Shown: positions 1-10,641, numbered from the stretch's first letter. The stretch: DNA of 64,000 nt from Chloroflexota bacterium (GCA_963663275.1 OY760183.1:2592001-2656000); one strand, 5' to 3'. Numbers and translations are program-made. The notes: generated by a model not told the origin, from the letters alone.

Positions 1-270
1 TCGCTTGCGGGGCCGGTGACGTTCCGCAGAGCGGCGAAGTTACACGCCGTCGCAAAGATGGTACCATCGGAGAGGCTCCTCGTAGAGACGGACTGCCCGT
101 ATCTCGCGCCGGTTCCCTACCGGGGCAAGCGGAACGAACCGGCCTACGTCCGCTACACGCTGGATGCTATCGCGCAGCGGCGCGGCGTCGCGCCGCGCAA
201 ACTGGAAGAGATTACGGACCGCAATGCCCAGACGTTCTTCGGAATCAATGCCCTCGGCGCGGCCCAATGA
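1..270 (+). CDS. tatD: TatD family hydrolase, C-terminal part (5' end outside window)
   Basis: RLLVETDCPYLAPVPYRGKRNEP is the conserved TatD C-terminal motif; frame open from base 1. Confidence 0.9.
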   Translation, partial: SLAGPVTFRRAAKLHAVAKMVPSERLLVETDCPYLAPVPYRGKRNEPAYVRYTLDAIAQRRGVAPRKLEEITDRNAQTFFGINALGAAQ

Positions 271-1339
271 CGGGGGCGCATCCGGCGATGCTGCCGCCAT
301 GAGAAGTGTGGTCGCATCCGGCCGCGCGGGGGCGACGATCGCCCAGATAGGCGCGCCGGTGGCGGAGCGGCTCGACCAGGTGGAGACCTTCCTATCGGCG
401 GTGTGGGAAGAGACGCCGAACCCGGCGCTCTCCCAGTTGGTGCGCCACATCCTGGCGTCCGGCGGCAAGAAACTGCGGCCGCTCCTCACCTTGCTCTGCG
501 CCTCGGCGCATGAGCCCGCCGACTTTCGCGCGGTGCAAGTGGCGGCCGCGATCGAAATTCTCCACGCCGCCACGCTGATTCACGACGACGTCATCGATCA
601 CGCCTACGTGCGGCGCGGCCTGCCGACGGCCAACGCCCGCTGGTCCAACGCCCTTGCCGTGCTCTCCGGCGACTATCTCTTCGCCAAGTGCTCCCACGTG
701 GTGGCGGAACTGGGCGACCCGGCCCTGGTCCGCATCCTGGCGCGCACCGTTATGCGCATGGTTGCCAGCGAGACCACGCAATTCTCAAGCCTGGAGCGCA
801 TCGACGTGGTGCAGGAAGAATACTACCGCAAGGTGCGGGGCAAGACGGCTTCTCTGCTGGAGTTGTGCTGTGAAGCGGGCGGACTGGTCGGCGGCGCTTC
901 TAGCGAGCAGCGAGACGCCCTGCGCCGCTATGGCGAAAACGTGGGCATCGCCTTCCAAATCGTGGACGACATCCTGGACATCGCCGGCACTGAAGAGGAA
1001 TTGGGCAAGCCGGTCGGGGGCGACCTGCGCGAAGGCACCATTACGCTGCCCATCATCATCTTCCTGCGCCAGCAACCGGCGCACGCGGCCGTCAACCGCC
1101 TGTTCGGGCGGGGAGCCGACGGTGAGTTGGTCGAAGACGGCGGCCTTGGCGAAGACGATGAGAACGCGCTCTGGGAAGCGGTGGAGGCCATCCGCCAATC
1201 CCAGGCGCTGGAAGACGCCTATGCCCAAGCCCGCCGGTTTGGCGAGCGGGCGCGCGCGGCCCTGGCCGCGCTGCCGCCCGGCGAGAGCCGCGACTCGCTC
1301 GATAAGCTCATCGACTACGTTGTGGAGCGGCGACAGTAG
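248..1339 (+). CDS. Trans-polyprenyl diphosphate synthase (start may be 299)
   Basis: GGKKLRP, LIHDDVID..RRG and FQIVDDILD aspartate-rich motifs; near menG/ubiE. Confidence 0.9.
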   Translation: MPSARPNDGGASGDAAAMRSVVASGRAGATIAQIGAPVAERLDQVETFLSAVWEETPNPALSQLVRHILASGGKKLRPLLTLLCASAHEPADFRAVQVAAAIEILHAATLIHDDVIDHAYVRRGLPTANARWSNALAVLSGDYLFAKCSHVVAELGDPALVRILARTVMRMVASETTQFSSLERIDVVQEEYYRKVRGKTASLLELCCEAGGLVGGASSEQRDALRRYGENVGIAFQIVDDILDIAGTEEELGKPVGGDLREGTITLPIIIFLRQQPAHAAVNRLFGRGADGELVEDGGLGEDDENALWEAVEAIRQSQALEDAYAQARRFGERARAALAALPPGESRDSLDKLIDYVVERRQ

Positions 1340-1394
1340 CCGATTAAGCGGCCCTCCCGCGCGGGAGGGCCGGACGAAACGCAAGGGGTTTCCC

Positions 1395-2864
1395 ATGGCG
1401 CGTGTGCTCATCGCGGAATTGCAGCAGGAGACGGCAACCTTCAACCCGCACTTGACTCGTTACGAGGACTTTCGCGTCGTGCGCGGCGCCGCTGTCGTGG
1501 AGGAACTTCAGGGCACGCAGACCGAGATTGCCGGGGCGCTGGACGTCTTTGCCGAGCACGGCAACATCACGGTCGTCCCTACGGTAGCGGCGTGGGCCGT
1601 GCCCCACGGCCCGGCGGAGGACGCCGTTCTGGAGCGGCTCATTCAGGAAATCCTCGCCGCCGCGGAGCAGAACCGGGACGTGGACGGCGTGCTGCTCGTC
1701 CTCCACGGCGCCATGGCCAGCGAAACCGAGTTCGACCCCGAAGGCAAACTCCTCTCCGCGCTGCGCGCCTGCATGGGATCTATTCCAATTGTCGCCTCGC
1801 TCGATCTCCACGCCGTGATTACCGACCGCATGATCCAGGAAGCGGACATGCTGGTCGGTTACCACACCTATCCGCACACGGACTTCTACGAGACGGGAGT
1901 GCGGGCCGCCCGCGCGTTGACGGCCATGCTGGACGACGGCGTTTCGCCGGTCACGGCCCGGGTCGCTATTCCCCTCATGGCGCGCGGCGATGAACTGCTG
2001 ACGGACACCGGACGATTTGGCGATGCGATACGCATGTGCCAGGCGCTGGAGGAATCCCCGGGCGGACTGGTCGCCAACATCTATCTCTCCAATCCCTTTA
2101 CCGACGTGCCCGACCTCCAGTCTTACGTGATTGTGACGACGGACGGCGACAGTGAACGAGCGAAAGCGGAAGCCGAACGCATTGCCGCGTTCATGTGGGA
2201 CAACCGGGAGTTGTGGATGGCGGAACTGACGCTGCTGCCCGAGGCGGTGGCGCGGGCGCAGGCGACCCCCGGCCTGACGGTCTTTTCCGATGCCGCCGAC
2301 GCCACGACCTCCGGCGCGCCGGGGGACAGCAACGCCGTGCTCAAGGAACTGCTGGCGCAAGAATTCCGGGGACGCGCGTTGATTCCGCTCGTCGACGCGC
2401 CGGCGGCGGCGGCCGCGTTCGAAGCGGGCGTGGGCGGTACTATTACAATTCCGCTGGGCGGCACCTTGGATCCCGGTCGTCACACACCGTTTCCGACTAC
2501 CGTTTATGTAAAGAGCTTGCACGACGGCGCGTTTGCCTACGAGAACGGCGTCGCCGAAGACGCGGGACGTACCGCGGTGCTCACCATCGACGACATTACG
2601 CTGCTCGTCACCGAGCGGTGCGTGCTCTTCGTTGGCCGTAGGGTGTTCCAGGCGTTCGGCCTGGAGCCGCAAGACTTCTCCCTGGTGGTCGCGAAGTCTC
2701 CCAACGGATTCCGCACCTGGTACGAGTCGATCGCCGAGCTTATTCTCCACCTGGACACGCCCGGCTCCGCCAGCCTCAATCTGGAATCACTGCCATACGA
2801 ACACTGCGTGCGCCCGATCTATCCGCTGGACAAAGACGTGGTCGCCACACTGCGCGCCGACTAG
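1395..2864 (+). CDS. M81 family metallopeptidase (MlrC-like)
   Basis: QETATFNP, LHGAM, LDLHA, YHTYPHTD and C-terminal VAKS motifs; ATG at 1395 after purine-rich RBS. Confidence 0.85.
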   Translation: MARVLIAELQQETATFNPHLTRYEDFRVVRGAAVVEELQGTQTEIAGALDVFAEHGNITVVPTVAAWAVPHGPAEDAVLERLIQEILAAAEQNRDVDGVLLVLHGAMASETEFDPEGKLLSALRACMGSIPIVASLDLHAVITDRMIQEADMLVGYHTYPHTDFYETGVRAARALTAMLDDGVSPVTARVAIPLMARGDELLTDTGRFGDAIRMCQALEESPGGLVANIYLSNPFTDVPDLQSYVIVTTDGDSERAKAEAERIAAFMWDNRELWMAELTLLPEAVARAQATPGLTVFSDAADATTSGAPGDSNAVLKELLAQEFRGRALIPLVDAPAAAAAFEAGVGGTITIPLGGTLDPGRHTPFPTTVYVKSLHDGAFAYENGVAEDAGRTAVLTIDDITLLVTERCVLFVGRRVFQAFGLEPQDFSLVVAKSPNGFRTWYESIAELILHLDTPGSASLNLESLPYEHCVRPIYPLDKDVVATLRAD

Positions 2865-2937
2865 ACTGCCAGTTTCGGTTCGACACCGCCACTACCGTTT
2901 CCAAAGTGACTTGACAGTTGCCTGGCTCCGCTCTTAT

Positions 2938-2971
2938 CCCCTCTCCCTCTGGGAGAGGGCTAGGGTGAGGG
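2938..2971. repeat. Palindromic REP-like element CCCTCTCCC-N3-GGGAGAGGG..GGGTGAGGG, copy 1
   Basis: Perfect hairpin; near-identical copy at 55887-55920. Confidence 0.75.
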
Positions 2972-3055
2972 TCGGACATCGGGCAGAGCGCGTTGCAGGA
3001 CGCCGGCGCGCAGACGGACCATCCTCCCACTCGGCGCCGCGCGAAAAGCAAAGCC

Positions 3056-3775
3056 TTGGTCTCACAACAAGAAAAACCCACGTACGTGCGGCGCATGTTC
3101 GACGCCATCGCGCCCACGTACGACTTCATGAACTCCGTCATGACCGCGGGCGCGCACCATCTCTGGCGGCGCGCCGCCGCGCGCCAAATCGCGGAAGGGG
3201 ATCCCCGGGTCGTCTTAGACCTTGCCTGCGGCACCGGCGACCTCAGCTTCGCCGTCATGCGGGAGGCCATGGCGCCCTGCGCCATACTGGGCGCCGACTT
3301 TTCACGGCCGATGCTCAGTCTGGCCCAAGAAAAGCACGCGCGCCTGCCGGAGAAGCGCTTCCCGGTGGCATTCCTGCAAGCGGACGTGCTGGCGCTGCCG
3401 CTGCCGGACGCCAGCGTTGACGTGGTGACGAACGCCTTTCTCCTCCGCAATCTCGTTGACCTTGGCGCTTTCTTCGGCGAGTGCCGCCGCGTTTTGCGCC
3501 CCGGCGGACAATACGTCTCGTTGGAGATCACCCATCCGCCCTATCCGGGTTTCCGCAGCGCCTTCCAGCTCTATTTCAACAACGTCGTGCCGCTCCTGGG
3601 CAAACTCCTGGTGCGCCGCCAGGAAGCGTACACCTACCTGCCTATGTCGCTGCAGCCCTTCCCGGACGCGCCCACCCTGGCGCGGGCCATGCAGGATGCC
3701 GGTTTCACGGACGTTTCGTACCGCTATCTGGGACTTGGCACAGTAGCGGTGCACAGTGCAAGTAAGGTATCCTAA
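3056..3775 (+). CDS. menG: Demethylmenaquinone/ubiquinone methyltransferase (MenG/UbiE)
   Basis: VRRMFDAIAPTYDFMN, VLDLACGTGD, VLRPGG, AYTYLPMS; start codon uncertain. Confidence 0.85.
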   Translation: MVSQQEKPTYVRRMFDAIAPTYDFMNSVMTAGAHHLWRRAAARQIAEGDPRVVLDLACGTGDLSFAVMREAMAPCAILGADFSRPMLSLAQEKHARLPEKRFPVAFLQADVLALPLPDASVDVVTNAFLLRNLVDLGAFFGECRRVLRPGGQYVSLEITHPPYPGFRSAFQLYFNNVVPLLGKLLVRRQEAYTYLPMSLQPFPDAPTLARAMQDAGFTDVSYRYLGLGTVAVHSASKVS

Positions 3776-3828
3776 CGTGTAACGCTGGAGAATTGTCGCC
3801 CGCCAGTCAACTGAAGGAGAACCCTCCC

Positions 3829-5001
3829 ATGAAACGATTCGTCGGACTCGCGATTCTACTGAGCCTCGCCCTCTCGCTCCTCGCCGCACCGGCCGCGTTC
3901 GCGGCCGACTTCAGGACGGATACGGACGTGACCATTGGCGCAGGTGAAGTCATCGATGACGACCTCTACCTGTTTGCCACGTCCGTCACCATCGACGGCA
4001 CGGTGAATGGAGACGTCTTCATCCTGGCAACCTCGCTAAAGATCAACGGTACCGTCAATGGCGGCGCGGCCATCGCGGCCAACGACGTCGTCATCGCCGG
4101 CGAGGTGACACAGCGCGTGCGCGTAGCCAGCAACTCGGTCTTGGTAACGGGTTCGATTGGCGGCGACCTCCTGGCAGCCGCCAACGACGTGAAGATTGAC
4201 CCTGGCGCGGTCATCGGACGCGACCTGATTCTGGCGGTCAATTCGCTCACGCTCGATGGCGCGGTGGAACGCCGTGTTGGGGGCGCGGTCAGCAGTGCGA
4301 CTCTGAACGGCGCCGTGGGCACGGACGTTGACATTGACGTGGAAAACCTCACGGTTACCGGCGATGCGAGCATTGGCCGCGACCTTACCTACCGCTCCGA
4401 TAATGCGGCCGAGATTGCCCAAGGCGCTCAGATTGGCGGCGAAGTCACCGCCGAGGCGGCGGCCGACATGGATGCGGCAGCGGATTCCGGCTTCTCGTTC
4501 GACTCGATCGTGCCTGCTCTCGTCGGCCTCGTCATCGCCGCGGTCTACGGCACGGTAATGCTCTTCGGCCTGCCCCGCATCACGCTCGCGACTTCGAACC
4601 AGTTGATTGAAAGCCCGCTGCTCAGTCTTGGCTTGGGCGTCGTCTCTCTCATCTTGGTGCCGATAATTGCTATCCTGGTGATGGTCACGGTTGTGGGCAT
4701 TCCGGTAGGATTGGCTCTCATCTTGCTCTACGTCGTAGCGCTCTACTCGGGGCAAGTGTTCGTGGGCATGTCGATTGGCAGGCTCATCCTGAGTTTCTTC
4801 TCCGATGCCAACCGGCGCCTGATGCAGTTCCTGGGGCTTCTCCTTGGTCTCGTGATTCTGTCCGCCATCACGTTCATTCCGTACGTTGGAGCATGGACGG
4901 GGCTCATCGTGGCCATATTCGGTTTGGGCGGTTTGATGATCACGATCGGACGCTTGCGCCGCGAGCCCGCGCGCGCCGCGTCGCCGCCGGCTGAGGGGTA
5001 G
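3829..5001 (+). CDS. Exported beta-helix (bactofilin/polymer-forming-like) protein with C-terminal multi-TM domain
   Basis: Signal peptide, repeated V.I.G.V.GD units, hydrophobic C-terminus; AAGGAG RBS. Confidence 0.75.
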   Translation: MKRFVGLAILLSLALSLLAAPAAFAADFRTDTDVTIGAGEVIDDDLYLFATSVTIDGTVNGDVFILATSLKINGTVNGGAAIAANDVVIAGEVTQRVRVASNSVLVTGSIGGDLLAAANDVKIDPGAVIGRDLILAVNSLTLDGAVERRVGGAVSSATLNGAVGTDVDIDVENLTVTGDASIGRDLTYRSDNAAEIAQGAQIGGEVTAEAAADMDAAADSGFSFDSIVPALVGLVIAAVYGTVMLFGLPRITLATSNQLIESPLLSLGLGVVSLILVPIIAILVMVTVVGIPVGLALILLYVVALYSGQVFVGMSIGRLILSFFSDANRRLMQFLGLLLGLVILSAITFIPYVGAWTGLIVAIFGLGGLMITIGRLRREPARAASPPAEG

Positions 5002-5006
5002 GCTAC

Positions 5007-6056
5007 GTGCGGAAGGGAGCGGCCGCCGCTTGCGCGGCGGCTGAGCTAGCGTACGATTCCGCTCCCTCCCGCGACCGGTGGGACGAGTTCGCGACCGCCC
5101 ACGGCGGCCAATTGCTCCAAAGCTGGGCGTGGGGCGATTTCAAGGCGCGCACGGGCTGGCAAACATCGCGCGTGATTGCACTGCGAGACGGCCGGCCCGT
5201 GGCCGCCGCTCAATGGCTGCGGCGGCGCGTGCCCTTACTCGGCGCTTTCGCGTACGTGCCCCGGGGGCCGGTGGTTGCGCCGGATGAATCCGCCGCGGCG
5301 GCGCCTCTCTTGCGGCACGTGGCAACGGCCGCCCGGCGCGCGGGCGCGTTCGGCCTGTGGGTTGAGCCGCCGTGGGCGCGCGATCGCGGCCCGGCGCTGC
5401 CCACGGAATTTGCCGCTACGCCGGAGTACGTCCAACCCCAAGCCACCGGTCTGGTTGACCTCCGCTCCGACGACGACGCCATTCTCGGCGGGTTCCAAAG
5501 CAGTATGCGCCGCAACATCCGCCTGGCGGCGCGGCGGGGCTTGCGGGTGCGCGCCGGCGGCGCGGAGGCCGACTGGCTGGAGTTCTACGCGCAGCTGGCC
5601 GAAACGGCGGCGCGTGACGGTTTCGGCATTCACACGTGGCCGTACTTCGCGACCATGCGCGAGACTTTGGAAACGGCGGGCTTTGCCCAGTTGTTCCTGG
5701 CCGAGCACGGCGGCAGCGCCGTCGGCGGCCTGCTCCTCACCGTGTATGGCGGCGTCGCCGCGTACCTCTTTGGCGCCAGCGCCACGCGCGGACGGGATCT
5801 GCGCATCGGGCACGGCTTGCAGTGGCATGCCATGTGTTGGGCCAAGGAGAACGGCTGTCACACCTATGATCTTTGGGGCATGCCGGCCTCAGCCGGCCCG
5901 GCCGACCCTCTGGCCGGGGTCTACCGCTTCAAGCGCGGATTTTCGCCCCAGGTCGTCAGCTACGCGCCCACCGCGGTAGCCGCGCTCGACGCCCGCCGCT
6001 TCTGGGTGTGGCGTCGCTTGGCGCCGCTGGCGCGAAAGCTGCTGCCTGGACTCTGA
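5007..6056 (+). CDS. FemAB/FemX family peptidoglycan bridge aminoacyltransferase
   Basis: LLQSWAWGDFK, YVPRGP, RRNIRLA, YDLWG, GVYRFKRGF. Confidence 0.85.
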   Translation: MRKGAAAACAAAELAYDSAPSRDRWDEFATAHGGQLLQSWAWGDFKARTGWQTSRVIALRDGRPVAAAQWLRRRVPLLGAFAYVPRGPVVAPDESAAAAPLLRHVATAARRAGAFGLWVEPPWARDRGPALPTEFAATPEYVQPQATGLVDLRSDDDAILGGFQSSMRRNIRLAARRGLRVRAGGAEADWLEFYAQLAETAARDGFGIHTWPYFATMRETLETAGFAQLFLAEHGGSAVGGLLLTVYGGVAAYLFGASATRGRDLRIGHGLQWHAMCWAKENGCHTYDLWGMPASAGPADPLAGVYRFKRGFSPQVVSYAPTAVAALDARRFWVWRRLAPLARKLLPGL

Positions 6057-6081
6057 TGTCAAACCCCGCCCAACGCGCCTT

Positions 6082-7155
6082 GTGGGTCGCAGTGCCTTGA
6101 AATCTCCCGCCCTCACCGTCATCCCCAACGTCACGCAGGCGGCGTGGACGGAGGCGTTGCGCGCCTTGCCCAGCCCGCACTTCCTCCAAACCTGGGAATG
6201 GGGCGCGCTGAAGCAGCAATACGGGTGGCAGCCGCACCGGTTCCTCTACGAGCGCGACCGGCGCATGGTGGCGGCATGTACCGTGCACGTCCGCCGCCTC
6301 GGCCGGCTGCCCTGGACGATCGCCTACGTGCCGAAAGGCCCGCTGCTTGACTATTGCGACATTGGCGCGGACACCGGTGCCGCCCCGTTCGAGGCCGTGC
6401 TCGATCACATAGCCGCCGTCGCCAAGGCCGCGCGTGCGATTTATGTCAAGATCGACCCGGACTTTGCGGCGAACAACACGCTGGCGCAAGAAATCTACCG
6501 GCGGCACGGCTGGCAACCGAGCAGCGAGCAGATACAGTTTCCCCACACCGCCGTGCTCGATCTCAAGCCCGGTCCCGAGGCGCTTCTGGCCGCCATGAAA
6601 CCGAAGACGCGCTACAACATCCGCCTGGCGGCCCGGCGCGGGGTTACGGTAGAGCCGACCACCGACTGGCAGACGCTCCATCGACTCTACGCCGAGACCG
6701 CGCGCCGCGACGCCTTTCCGATCCGCGAGGAAAGCTACTATCACGCGCTGTGGTCTTCGTTTCACCAATCCGGCCAGGGCGAGGCCTTTCTGGCGCGGGT
6801 TGAAGGCGAGGCCGTGGCCGGACTCTTCCTCATGCGCGTCGGCGACACCGGCTGGTTCTTCACCGGCGCTTCCTCCCAGCGCCACCGGCGGATGATGCCC
6901 AACTACCTTCTCCAGTGGCACGCCATCCAATGGCTTAGCGAGCGAGGCTGCAAGCGGTACGATTTGTGGGGCGCGCCCGACGTGGCGGACGCGGATGATC
7001 CGTTGTGGGGCGTGTATCGCTTCAAGCAAGGCTTTGGCGCGCGCTACGCCCGGCGTCTCGGCGCGTACGACCGGGCGCTGAACCGTCCTCTCTACGCCGT
7101 TTTGACCCAACTTGCGCCGCGCTACTGGCAGGCGCGCCGCCGGCTGGCGCGATAG
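6082..7155 (+). CDS. Second FemAB/FemX family aminoacyltransferase
   Basis: FLQTWEWGALK, YVPKGP, KTRYNIRLA, PNYLLQW, GVYRFKQGFG. Confidence 0.88.
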   Translation: MGRSALKSPALTVIPNVTQAAWTEALRALPSPHFLQTWEWGALKQQYGWQPHRFLYERDRRMVAACTVHVRRLGRLPWTIAYVPKGPLLDYCDIGADTGAAPFEAVLDHIAAVAKAARAIYVKIDPDFAANNTLAQEIYRRHGWQPSSEQIQFPHTAVLDLKPGPEALLAAMKPKTRYNIRLAARRGVTVEPTTDWQTLHRLYAETARRDAFPIREESYYHALWSSFHQSGQGEAFLARVEGEAVAGLFLMRVGDTGWFFTGASSQRHRRMMPNYLLQWHAIQWLSERGCKRYDLWGAPDVADADDPLWGVYRFKQGFGARYARRLGAYDRALNRPLYAVLTQLAPRYWQARRRLAR

Positions 7156-7299
7156 TCTTGCAAGACTCTGGCTACATAGCGAGCCAGCGCTGTAGCTTGT
7201 TTTGCTGGGAGCCATCCTCAAAACACAGTTACTGGCTAATGAGTCTCAGCGCCGTCCATCATCGCTGTGGCGATTGCACTCACGCGCGGCCTCGCCCCG

Positions 7300-7383
7300 G
7301 TAGCGCAGGTTTGTAACCTGCGTCTCCCTCCCGTCAGGCTAGCGCCAGGATACCCGGAGGCGGGGGACGAGCCCCCGCGCTAC
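7300..7383. repeat. Inverted pair of two different GTAG-type REP hairpins
   Basis: GTAGCGCAGGTTTGTAACCTGCG on + (7300-7322) faces GTAGCGCGGGGGCTCGTCCCCCGC on - (7360-7383). Confidence 0.7.
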
Positions 7384-7485
7384 GTTGTCGCGGGCGTTTC
7401 GGTAGGCATGGCCGTCCTTGACCCCAAGAGCGGCGTACACTACCATGCGCGCAGACACCTCCGCGAACGTTTGGAGCAAGCGAAT

Positions 7486-8856
7486 ATGCCAAAGATTGCC
7501 TTCATCGGGGCCGGCAGCGTGACGTTCGCCCGCCGCATCCTGACCGACATCCTCACCTGGCCGGAGCAGAGCGAGAGCGCGCTGGCGCTCATGGACATCG
7601 ACGGCGAAACCCTGGAAATAACGGGACAATTCGTCGAACGGCTCATCCGCGAGCAGAATCTCGGCGTGACCGTGACCACCACCTTGGAACGGCGGGAGGC
7701 ACTGGACGGGGCCGATTACGTCATCACGGCGATCGACGTTGGCGGCCAGCCGCTGCGCATGAGAGACTGGCAAATTCCCGCCCAGTACGGCGTCTACCAA
7801 ACGGTGGCGGATACGCTTGGCCCCGGCGGCGTCTTTCGCGGCCTGCGCACCGCGCCCGCGCTCGCCGCGATCGCGCGGGACATGGAGGAGCTTTGCCCCG
7901 ACGCCCTGCTCATCAACTACGCCAATCCGATGAACATCAACATGTGGCTGATCGGCGCTACCAGCAACATACGCGCCGTGGGGCTTTGCCACAGCGTGCA
8001 GGGCACGGCCGGACAGCTTGCGGGGTACATGGGCCTGGAGCCGGCGGAGGTGTCGTATTGGGTGGCCGGCATCAATCACCAGGCGTGGTTCCTGCAACTG
8101 CGCCGGCACACGTACCGCGGCGACGACCTCTATCCCCGCCTGCGCGCGGCCATGGACGAACCGGAAGTCTACGCCAAGGACAGCGTGCGCTTCGAAGTGT
8201 TCCGGCACTTCAACTACTTCGTCACCGAGTCGAGCCACCACATGTCCGAGTACACGCCGTGGTTTCGCCGCACGGCCGCGGACCGGGCGCGCTTCATGCC
8301 GGCGCACTTGAAGCAGTGGGCGGAAGAGAACAACGCGGCCAAGGACGACCACGGGCGGTTGGTGGACGAGGAAGCGCAGATACGCGAATCCTTCATGTAC
8401 GCCCGGCAGGAGCGGCGCGAAGACTACTTTGCGAACCAGCGCAAGGCCTTAGAAAGCCCCGAGCCGCTGCCGTTCACGCGCACCCACGAGTACTGCTCGT
8501 TCATTCTCCACGCCGTCGAGACAAATACGCCCTATCGTTTCAACGGCAACGTGCCCAATACGGACCTGATCGCCAATCTGCCCCCGGGCTGCAACGTGGA
8601 AGTGCCGATTCTGGTCGACAGCGCCGGCATGCATCCGTGCTCCGTCGGCGCGTTGCCCGCCCAGTGCGCCGCCATCAACCGGACGAACGTCAACGTGCAG
8701 GAGTTGACCGTGCAGGCCCTCCTGGAACAGGACCGGCGCCGCGTCTACGAGGCGATCGCGTTGGACCCGCTCACCACGACCCAGTGCTCGTTGGAAGACG
8801 TACGCGCCATGACCGACGAACTCTTCGACGCGAGCGCGGGGTACTTGACGCTCTAG
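7486..8856 (+). CDS. melA: GH4 NAD-dependent alpha-galactosidase
   Basis: KIAFIGAGS, DTLGPGG, INYANP, GLCHSVQGT, AGINH, TESSHHMSEY. Confidence 0.88.
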   Translation: MPKIAFIGAGSVTFARRILTDILTWPEQSESALALMDIDGETLEITGQFVERLIREQNLGVTVTTTLERREALDGADYVITAIDVGGQPLRMRDWQIPAQYGVYQTVADTLGPGGVFRGLRTAPALAAIARDMEELCPDALLINYANPMNINMWLIGATSNIRAVGLCHSVQGTAGQLAGYMGLEPAEVSYWVAGINHQAWFLQLRRHTYRGDDLYPRLRAAMDEPEVYAKDSVRFEVFRHFNYFVTESSHHMSEYTPWFRRTAADRARFMPAHLKQWAEENNAAKDDHGRLVDEEAQIRESFMYARQERREDYFANQRKALESPEPLPFTRTHEYCSFILHAVETNTPYRFNGNVPNTDLIANLPPGCNVEVPILVDSAGMHPCSVGALPAQCAAINRTNVNVQELTVQALLEQDRRRVYEAIALDPLTTTQCSLEDVRAMTDELFDASAGYLTL

Positions 8857-8953
8857 CCGCGTATGACGCCGGACTTGGTGAGGCTGAGAACTACTCGAAT
8901 GCGGCTGCCAGCGCGCCGATGCGCGGCCAGGACAGTGCCATGGACACCAGGCT

Positions 8954-9346
8954 ATGAACGACGAAGATAACCCCATGCGCCAAGACGAAGAAGCGCCGCC
9001 GGAACGGCAAGCGGAAGCGCCTCATCCGGCCGGTCCGGTAGACCGCACCGCCGAGGGTTTTCCCATTTGCCAGTGGTGCGGCGGGGCCATTACCGCGAAA
9101 GACGACCTGGTCGTTGCCGCCAACGAGACCGGCGCGCCCGCGCAGATCGCGCCTGTGGGCTACACGGCCCCGCGCACGTTCGGCGCTTATCACCGCGACT
9201 GCCACGCCGAAGCCGCGGAAGAGAGCTTTAGCGAGCCGCCGCCCTCGGGCACGACTACTTTCTGGACGCCCGTCAACGTCGCCATCGTCGGCGCGAGCGT
9301 AGTCTTGATCATCATCGTGCTGCTCGTTGCCGTCTTTCCACGGTAG
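8954..9346 (+). CDS. Small membrane-anchored protein with CxxC...HxxC putative Zn site
   Basis: CQWC and YHRDC motifs, C-terminal TM helix. Confidence 0.6.
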   Translation: MNDEDNPMRQDEEAPPERQAEAPHPAGPVDRTAEGFPICQWCGGAITAKDDLVVAANETGAPAQIAPVGYTAPRTFGAYHRDCHAEAAEESFSEPPPSGTTTFWTPVNVAIVGASVVLIIIVLLVAVFPR

Positions 9347-9531
9347 CGGGCGGCGCGCACTTGACGGCATGGCGGGCATCGCGTAAACTTCACCTATGCT
9401 GTGCCGCGCATAGGCATAGACTGCTATATGGTGTATCATAGTGGCGCGGTAGGAAGCGAACATGCGTCGCGCCGCTAGAGCGCGGCACCGGGTGGAACAG
9501 AATCGAATGCGCACAGAAGGAGGCGCCGTAG

Positions 9532-10641
9532 ATGGCTAGCGTAACTCTTGAAGCCGTGACGAAGCGCTTTGGCGAAGTCGTCGCGGTAAGCAACATGAAC
9601 CTGGAAGTGAAGGACAAGGAGTTCCTGGTCCTGGTCGGGCCGTCCGGCTGCGGCAAGTCGACCACGCTGCGCATGATTGCCGGCCTCGAGGAGATTACCG
9701 AAGGCAGTCTCTTCATCGGCGACCGCTTGGTCAACGACGTGCCGCCAAAAGACCGGGACATCGCCATGGTGTTCCAGTCCTACGCCCTCTATCCCCACAT
9801 GTCGGTGTACGATAACCTGGCGTTCGGTCTGCGGCTGCGCCGCACACCCAAGAAGGAAATCGACCGCCGCGTGCGTGAGAGCGCGGAGATGCTGGGCATC
9901 GGCGAACTGCTCAACCGCAAGCCGCGCCAGCTTTCCGGCGGCCAGCGCCAGCGCGTGGCGCTGGGACGCGCCATCGTGCGCGACCCGGCCGTCTTCCTGA
10001 TGGACGAGCCGCTCTCGAACCTGGACGCCAAGCTGCGCGTCACAACCCGCGCCGAGCTCATCAAGCTGCACCGCCGCTTGGAGACCACTACCATCTACGT
10101 CACCCACGACCAGGTGGAAGCCATGACGATGGGGCACCGCATCGCCGTGATGCGCGACGGTGTGCTGCAACAACTGGATTCGCCGCAGAACATCTACGAC
10201 CATCCCTCCAACATGTTCGTGGCCGGCTTCATCGGCAGCCCGGCGATGAACTTCCAGGAGGCGACGCTCTCCGGCGACGCCGACGAGATGTGGGTGGAAA
10301 CCGGCGGCTTCAAGCTCCGCTGGCCGCCCGACAAGGCCGCCAAGTTGGCCAAGGCCGAGACCGACAGAGTCTACTTCGGCTGGCGGCCTGAGGACATGTT
10401 CGACCCGCGCTTCCGCCCCGCCGCGCTCGACGTCAGCGAGGGCAACTCGATGACGGCCCGCGTAGACGTGGTGGAGACCCTCGGCTCCGAGATGTACGTG
10501 TACTGCCTGGCCGGCGACATCGACTTCGTGGCCCGGCTCGACCCGCGCGCCGAGGCGATCGTGGGACGCGACATCGAGATGGTGGTCGACGTGGACAAGT
10601 GCCACGCCTTCGACATGCGGACGCAAGAGTCGATCTTCTAG
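9532..10641 (+). CDS. Sugar ABC transporter ATP-binding protein (MsmX/MalK/UgpC type)
   Basis: GPSGCGKST, LSGGQRQRVALGR, MDEPLSNLD, C-terminal TOBE-like domain; AAGGAGG RBS. Confidence 0.93.
   Translation: MASVTLEAVTKRFGEVVAVSNMNLEVKDKEFLVLVGPSGCGKSTTLRMIAGLEEITEGSLFIGDRLVNDVPPKDRDIAMVFQSYALYPHMSVYDNLAFGLRLRRTPKKEIDRRVRESAEMLGIGELLNRKPRQLSGGQRQRVALGRAIVRDPAVFLMDEPLSNLDAKLRVTTRAELIKLHRRLETTTIYVTHDQVEAMTMGHRIAVMRDGVLQQLDSPQNIYDHPSNMFVAGFIGSPAMNFQEATLSGDADEMWVETGGFKLRWPPDKAAKLAKAETDRVYFGWRPEDMFDPRFRPAALDVSEGNSMTARVDVVETLGSEMYVYCLAGDIDFVARLDPRAEAIVGRDIEMVVDVDKCHAFDMRTQESIF

Noticed and set aside
654-1394. Long N-terminal extensions in the ORF track (M81 peptidase, melA, mrdA, recombinase)
   Set aside because: They overlap upstream genes or repeats; downstream starts fit family N-termini better
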